From an uncultured virus (IMG/VR IMGVR_UViG_3300030376_003496) (taxonomy: Duplodnaviria > Heunggongvirae > Uroviricota > Caudoviricetes), in IMG/VR virus record IMGVR_UViG_3300030376_003496: DNA of 64,000 bases; one strand, written 5' to 3'. Below, piece by piece: positions 58,859 to 64,000 of this stretch (position 1 is its first letter; every line of letters starts with the position of its first letter). Below the pieces are notes generated by a model. It had not been told where the DNA came from, did not search any database, and saw only the letters and a list, made by a program, of their open reading frames with translations. A program made the position numbers and the translations under genes.

Positions 58859-61340
58859 ACAATCTATTGCAAAGTACCTTAACAATGTTAACATGTCCCC
58901 TAGTGCCTCTCCACGCGAGAAGGAATTTGTATTTGACTATACAGAATACCTTAGTGATTACATTAAGTGGACAGAAGAACAGTACGAAAAAGTAAAGAAG
59001 AAGCCTTACTGGCTTACTATTGCTCACTTGTTAGGTGCTGAACGTTGTGCTGCTATTGTTGTTAAAGCTTTGCTTGATAGCTGCTTATCGTCTCGTTTGA
59101 TCCAAGCATCAGACGGTATTAAATACGATAACTATAACTTAGGAGACTTGAGATCCCAGACTAAACAGAATATACTTGGAGTTATATCAAGAGAACTGTG
59201 GCTTGCTATTGGCATACGCTTGGCTAAAGAAAACTACGGCGAAGAGTTTGCTCGACAGTCTCATTACTTCAAGAACTGGAATAAAAAGAGAATGAAAGCG
59301 TTTGCACGTAAGTGCCAAACGTTGCCTACATGGGATAACCAAAAGAGAAATGTGGTTGCCTTATCGTTTTATACTTTAATGGTAGGAAACAAAGAAAGCG
59401 TTATGCCCTTTGTTGAGAATCCTATTACTATTGTAAAGAACGGACAGATTAAAAGACATACTATTATCTCACTACGAGAAGAGTTTACGAAAAACTTTGA
59501 GGCATTTCATAATTTCTACCAATACTATAAGTGGTTGTATTACCCGATGGTATGCCCACCTATTCCTCACAACTATCCTAACAGGACAGCAGAGGACTGG
59601 GGTGGTGCTTTACATCTAGAGTACAGGAAGTCATCTGTTCATAACACAAGAGCAGGTAATTACTACAAGAACAATAGTGAGCATAGCCAGCAGTCAATCA
59701 ATGCGCTTAATGCATTGCAAGGTACTGAATGGAGCATCAACAAAAGAGTTCTTGAGGTAATGACTAACTTGTACAAGTCTAATCGACAGGTGTGTAACCT
59801 GCCTCCTTATGAGCACGATGAGTTTGTGTTTAGCAAACCTTTCCCTGAAGGAGAAGAAAAAGAAGTAATAGCTAAATGGAAAAACGAACGGGCGGAGGCT
59901 TGGGGTCTATGGGAAAAGACTAAGCAAAAGAGAATGCAAATGGAAATGCGTTTGCTTATTGCTGATGATCTTAAAGACCTGACGTTTTGGCATGGTTATT
60001 CTTCTGACTTCAGAGGCAGGTGCTATACACAGTCATCGTTTCTATCTCCTCAGAGTGGTGACTTTGACTGCGGTATAATTCAATTTGCTGAAGGGGCTAA
60101 ACTAGAGGCAAATGAAGTTAAAGAAGAATGTGATTACTTCTGGTTAAAAGTTCACTTAGCTAATAGATGGGACTTTGATAAAGCTTCTTTTGAAGAACGT
60201 GCTCAATGGGTTGATGATAACATTGCTATGCTTCGTCAAGTGTACGAAGACCCTGAGGGTACTGTAGACCTTTGGAAAGATGACAAAGCTAAAAAGAATG
60301 TGTCATTCAGACGGCTGGCTGACACTATTGATTTCTTTGTTGCTTTAGAAACAGGTTACTCGTATGTTCCTAAGAATCTGGATGGAACATGCAACGGTAT
60401 TCAACACTGGGTTGGTACAACAAAGGCTGAGAACTTAGCTGAACTTGTCAATGTTATTAAAACTCTTGAACCGGGTGACATGTATAAGTTTATTGCTCAT
60501 AACGCTACTGCAAAAATGCAAGCAGAGCGTGATGCCAATCAATACTTTGATATGTTTTTAACCCATTGGGAGCATACAGAAAAAGACAAGAAGATGCCAA
60601 GAGGGCTACCTAAAAGAACTGTAATGTGTGATCCATACGGGGTTACATTCTACAGTGCAAGGCAGTACATTCGATCTGAAGGACATCTTGACTGGTGCAG
60701 ACCATTGCTCGAAGAGCGTGGCCTAAGCTGGCAGGGAGCCATCATGGAATGTACGTCAGTAATTTGGGAAGCACTGCAAGAAGCATTGATCTTACCTAAT
60801 GAAGCTAAAGAATACATTAAAGATTGTGTTGAAGTTTGTTACAACAGTGATGACAGAAAGAAGAAGCCACTCCAATGGACAACTCCTTCTGGATTTAAGG
60901 TTAGGCAATATTATACAGAACATATAGAATATATTACTGATATTGCTTTATTGCTAAAGAATGATGTACGCATCAGATCTACAGCAGAAATGTGGCAGTT
61001 TACTGATAACATGGACGTTAGGAAAATGGCAACTGCTATTCCTCCTAATTGGGTTCATTCAATTGATGCTGCACATATGGTATTTGTGGTACTCGCTTTG
61101 CTGGCTATGGGATGCAGAAACTTCTGTATGATCCATGACAGCTTTGGCGTACCCGTCACTTACCTAAAGTATTTACCACGTATATCAAGGGAAACATTTT
61201 ATGAAATTCACAAAGAAAGTCAACTCGAATTATTTAAACAAGACCTCGAAAACTTTTCCGGTCACGAACTCCCAGACATTCCAGAACAAGGTAGCCTCGT
61301 TCCAGAAGAAATTCTCGAATCTGAATATCTCTTCTGCTGA
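58776..61340 (+). CDS. T7-type single-subunit DNA-directed RNA polymerase
   Basis: AAGGAG SD then ATG 58776; PMVCPP, DFRGR, motif A LDGTCNGIQH, motif B RGLPKRTVMCDPYG, PNWVHSIDAAH, motif C IHDSFG, and C-terminal YLFC, all in canonical order. Confidence 0.97.
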   Translation: MTVWEAYTKEEKTRLTNLQLANEDKAAKQSIAKYLNNVNMSPSASPREKEFVFDYTEYLSDYIKWTEEQYEKVKKKPYWLTIAHLLGAERCAAIVVKALLDSCLSSRLIQASDGIKYDNYNLGDLRSQTKQNILGVISRELWLAIGIRLAKENYGEEFARQSHYFKNWNKKRMKAFARKCQTLPTWDNQKRNVVALSFYTLMVGNKESVMPFVENPITIVKNGQIKRHTIISLREEFTKNFEAFHNFYQYYKWLYYPMVCPPIPHNYPNRTAEDWGGALHLEYRKSSVHNTRAGNYYKNNSEHSQQSINALNALQGTEWSINKRVLEVMTNLYKSNRQVCNLPPYEHDEFVFSKPFPEGEEKEVIAKWKNERAEAWGLWEKTKQKRMQMEMRLLIADDLKDLTFWHGYSSDFRGRCYTQSSFLSPQSGDFDCGIIQFAEGAKLEANEVKEECDYFWLKVHLANRWDFDKASFEERAQWVDDNIAMLRQVYEDPEGTVDLWKDDKAKKNVSFRRLADTIDFFVALETGYSYVPKNLDGTCNGIQHWVGTTKAENLAELVNVIKTLEPGDMYKFIAHNATAKMQAERDANQYFDMFLTHWEHTEKDKKMPRGLPKRTVMCDPYGVTFYSARQYIRSEGHLDWCRPLLEERGLSWQGAIMECTSVIWEALQEALILPNEAKEYIKDCVEVCYNSDDRKKKPLQWTTPSGFKVRQYYTEHIEYITDIALLLKNDVRIRSTAEMWQFTDNMDVRKMATAIPPNWVHSIDAAHMVFVVLALLAMGCRNFCMIHDSFGVPVTYLKYLPRISRETFYEIHKESQLELFKQDLENFSGHELPDIPEQGSLVPEEILESEYLFC

Positions 61341-61374
61341 ATGGTTGAAATCTATCCTTAACGAAGGTAGAATC

Positions 61375-61677
61375 ATGAGAGTAAGATGGAAGGACGCTCA
61401 ATCAACCGGCGGACCCGGATGGGAAGATGCTGAAGATATTAAAGAAGCCGCTTCTGCTGAGATTTGTATTGTAAACACTATTGGTTATGTTATTAATTTT
61501 ACTGAAGACAGAATTGTTCTGACGGATACTATTCAACATGACGGGCAAGCGGGAGGCGCAGTGCATCTCATCCCTATAGAAATGGTACAAGAAATTCACT
61601 ACCTCAAGGAGGATAGTTTTGATGTTCAAACACACAACAACGATCAACTCGGAACACACAATGGAGGAACTGCTTGA
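61375..61677 (+). CDS. Conserved small phage protein (V.W.DA...GW type)
   Basis: MRVRWKDAQ...GW...TIGYV...IP..MV pattern. Confidence 0.65.
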   Translation: MRVRWKDAQSTGGPGWEDAEDIKEAASAEICIVNTIGYVINFTEDRIVLTDTIQHDGQAGGAVHLIPIEMVQEIHYLKEDSFDVQTHNNDQLGTHNGGTA

Positions 61678-61897
61678 TACTATTGAGTTTAATATCCTAG
61701 AAGGAGAAAACGCAACGTATCAAATTATTCTTCCCTCTATTAAATGGGTGAACATTATTCTTGATAACGTGCAGACTATTGGAGATAAGCATCTTTCTAA
61801 AGAAGACGATCTTTCAGAAGATCTTGTAAACATTGAATTTGTAGTAGATAGTACTGACGATAACTTTCCAGAAGAGGATTACTTTAATGCAGAATAA
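61622..61897 (+). CDS. Acidic hypothetical protein
   Basis: AGGAGG SD then ATG 61622. Confidence 0.6.
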   Translation: MFKHTTTINSEHTMEELLDTIEFNILEGENATYQIILPSIKWVNIILDNVQTIGDKHLSKEDDLSEDLVNIEFVVDSTDDNFPEEDYFNAE

Positions 61898-62462
61898 GTT
61901 TAGAAACTACGAAACAGACCCTATTGATATGAACAACAATGATGATCTTATTGAGTTGATTAATAACATTATTGGTACAAAGATTAATCAGGGTTACTTT
62001 AGGCGTTGGTCTAAAGATGCTTTGTTAAGTGAAGGTTGGATTCAAATTCAGTCTCTCATTGAAACTTGGGACAAAAGTAAAGGGGTGGCCTTTAATAAGT
62101 ATTGCTATTTGTACCTTCCTTCTAGAATTTCTGACGGAATGCAGGGCTTTGAAGAAGGTATGGCTAAGAACAAGCCCGGTTCTGAATTTCGTTATGCTCA
62201 CCGAGCTTGGCAGTTTGACGAATATGAAGATGCTCACACTAACCCAGCAAACGGTGCTTCATGTGAAGACACTTTTGCACAACACAAAGACACAATAGTA
62301 GACAGGGTTTTGAATCACCCTAGTCTTACTGAGGCTGAACGTACTGTTGTTGATATGATTGGCAGAGGGACAACAATGAAAGCCATTGGCGCGGCTATGG
62401 GCGTAACTGAGTCCCGTATTTCGCAGCGATGCAAACTGATTAGGAGCAAGATTAATGAGTAG
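61887..62462 (+). CDS. Sigma-70-family (FliA/ECF-like) RNA polymerase sigma factor
   Basis: Region 2-like LLSEGWIQI..LIETWDKSKGVAFNKY...I.D; region 4 HTH LTEAERTVV...TMKAIGAAMGVTESRISQ. Confidence 0.85.
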   Translation: MQNKFRNYETDPIDMNNNDDLIELINNIIGTKINQGYFRRWSKDALLSEGWIQIQSLIETWDKSKGVAFNKYCYLYLPSRISDGMQGFEEGMAKNKPGSEFRYAHRAWQFDEYEDAHTNPANGASCEDTFAQHKDTIVDRVLNHPSLTEAERTVVDMIGRGTTMKAIGAAMGVTESRISQRCKLIRSKINE

Positions 62463-63114
62463 AGTATTAGTAATTGGGGATCTACATGCCCCCGCTGTTA
62501 GAGAAGACTACTTTGATTTCGTTAGAAGTATACGAAGAAAGTATAGAACTGATCAGACAGTATTTATTGGTGACGTTATAGATCACCATGTTATTTCGTA
62601 CCACAAAGCAAACCCTGAATCGCCCGACGCAATCAGGGAATACAACCTTGCTTTTGAAACTGTTAAGCGTTGGTACAAGGCGTACCCAAACGCTACTGTA
62701 ACTATCGGTAATCACGATAGTCGAGTGCATAGACTTGCAGCAGATGCTGGCATTCCTTCTATGTACCTCAAAGAATACAATGAACTTTATAAAACAAAGA
62801 ATTGGGAATGGAAACATAATGTTGAGTTGGATGGGGTTTATTACTATCATGGCACCGGTGCTGCTTCTGCTTACCCGGCATTTAATGCAGCTAGAACACG
62901 CAATCAGTCAGTCGTTATGGGTCACCATCATACAAAGGCAGCTATTAATTGGATGTGTGGGTCTAACAATCATCGTATTTTTGGTATGTCTGTTGGGTGT
63001 GGAGTAGACAATGACCACCTTGCCATGCTGTACGCAGAACATTATCTTATTAAACCTATTCACGCATGTGGGGTAGTGGTCAATGGGCACCCCTATCTCG
63101 AACTCATGCCATAA
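62455..63114 (+). CDS. Calcineurin-like metallophosphoesterase
   Basis: GDLH, GDVID, GNHD, HG and GHHH motifs. Confidence 0.9.
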   Translation: MSRVLVIGDLHAPAVREDYFDFVRSIRRKYRTDQTVFIGDVIDHHVISYHKANPESPDAIREYNLAFETVKRWYKAYPNATVTIGNHDSRVHRLAADAGIPSMYLKEYNELYKTKNWEWKHNVELDGVYYYHGTGAASAYPAFNAARTRNQSVVMGHHHTKAAINWMCGSNNHRIFGMSVGCGVDNDHLAMLYAEHYLIKPIHACGVVVNGHPYLELMP

Positions 63115-63161
63115 AACCCATGCTATTACAATAGGCACCTACTGTGCCGGAAAGGATAACT

Positions 63162-63365
63162 ATGAGTGAAGAAACTGTAGTTGAAGAAACCATTAAAGAA
63201 GAGGTGTCTGGACAGCCGATTGGTGTACAGGCACAAGTAGTTCTTTCCTACTTGGAAGAACTCTATGGGGCAATTACTATGCTTAGTAGTAACCTCAGTA
63301 ACCAGATTAAGTCCCTCTCAGATGTCATTGATAACGCCAACAAGGAGAACGAAACTAATGACTGA
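63162..63365 (+). CDS. Hypothetical protein
   Basis: AAAGGA SD then ATG 63162. Confidence 0.6.
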   Translation: MSEETVVEETIKEEVSGQPIGVQAQVVLSYLEELYGAITMLSSNLSNQIKSLSDVIDNANKENETND

Positions 63366-63885
63366 TCGACCCACTGCTACCATTAAGACCGGCGACCTGA
63401 CTGTGAAGTACTCTCATGTCTCCGTACCTGACACCAAGTTCAATGCTGAAGGTGAGTATAAGATCACCGTGATGCACGACGAGGAACTCGAAGCCAAGCT
63501 CCAGAAGCTTGCTGACGAGTGGAAGGTTGACCAGCCTTTTGTCAAGACCGTCAAGGATGGCTCCAAGGTTATTACCTTCAAGTCAAAGTATGCACCTAAG
63601 ATGTATACTGCTGATGACGTTGAAGCAAGAGCCAAGGGGTTCTGCTGGTCCGGTGATACCGTTAACATCAACTCTGTTTGCTACCCCGTTGAGGTCATGG
63701 GTAAGACCTACCTCTCAATGAAGTTTAACGCTGTACTCCTCAAGCATGTGAATGAGTCAGAACAGCGTGAAGCTAGTAACCCGTTCGGAACTGGTAGCGC
63801 AGTGTCGGCCAGTGATGTGAGTGAGACTGATGGTGAACAGCCTGATGCTCCTACTGTCATCACTGATGAAATCCCATTCGATTAA
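63358..63885 (+). CDS. Single-stranded DNA-binding protein (T7 gp2.5-like)
   Basis: Y.H...PDTKFN.EGEYK motif, FKSK, and acidic tail ending DEIPFD. Confidence 0.85.
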   Translation: MTDRPTATIKTGDLTVKYSHVSVPDTKFNAEGEYKITVMHDEELEAKLQKLADEWKVDQPFVKTVKDGSKVITFKSKYAPKMYTADDVEARAKGFCWSGDTVNINSVCYPVEVMGKTYLSMKFNAVLLKHVNESEQREASNPFGTGSAVSASDVSETDGEQPDAPTVITDEIPFD

Positions 63886-63894
63886 GGAGACCGT

Positions 63895-64000
63895 ATGAAT
63901 GCTGGTGAATGGACTTTTAATATAAATCCAGTTGCAGCCAGCCGTCCTCGGGTATCCAAACATGGACATGCGTACTTTACTGGTGCGTATAAACAATTTC
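63895..64000 (+). CDS. rusA: RusA-family Holliday junction resolvase (3' truncated)
   Basis: AAGGAG SD; MNAGEWTFNINPVAASRPRVSKHGHAYF, matching the P....RPR N-terminus of RusA. Confidence 0.7.
   Translation, partial: MNAGEWTFNINPVAASRPRVSKHGHAYFTGAYKQF

Noticed and set aside
897..63721. Short + strand alternate-frame ORFs inside long genes (Leu-rich translations)
   Set aside because: Expected by-products of T-ending codon bias; no SD sites or motifs.
369..63996. All minus-strand ORFs in the track (e.g. 5634-6467, 36514-37107, 49515-50219)
   Set aside because: They are antisense shadows of well-supported + strand genes, with no SD sites or recognisable motifs.
1..64000. Alternative genetic code or integrated prophage
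   Set aside because: Very long ORFs are intact in the standard code; no integrase, att site or host genes are evident in the window.

Overview
The window is most of a large T7-like (Autographiviridae-type podovirus) phage genome, with every credible gene on the + strand. Order: 3' end of a class II ribonucleotide reductase; portal, scaffold, major capsid, tail tube A, a greatly enlarged tail tube B/nozzle, tail fibre, a 2221-aa Cys-rich protein, small virion and lysis genes, terminase, a sulfotransferase and three internal (ejection) proteins, the last of 4714 aa. The probable genome end/start junction lies at about 48.6-49.5 kb. It is followed by a GC-richer early region, thyX, a DUF932 protein, three tRNAs, a citrate-synthase-like gene, a T7-type RNA polymerase, a sigma factor, a metallophosphoesterase, SSB and RusA. 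Highlights: (1) the 4714-aa protein appears to contain a second single-subunit RNA polymerase with motif C placed before motifs A and B, i.e. a possibly circularly permuted virion RNAP; (2) two covarying pistol ribozymes sit between early genes; (3) the nozzle protein carries six copies of one domain nested inside one another, and the same domain is inserted in two other virion proteins; (4) a PEP-CTERM-like tail and a Phycisphaerae-type dockerin-like motif point to a planctomycete host. All family calls are by-eye motif recognition; no searches were run.
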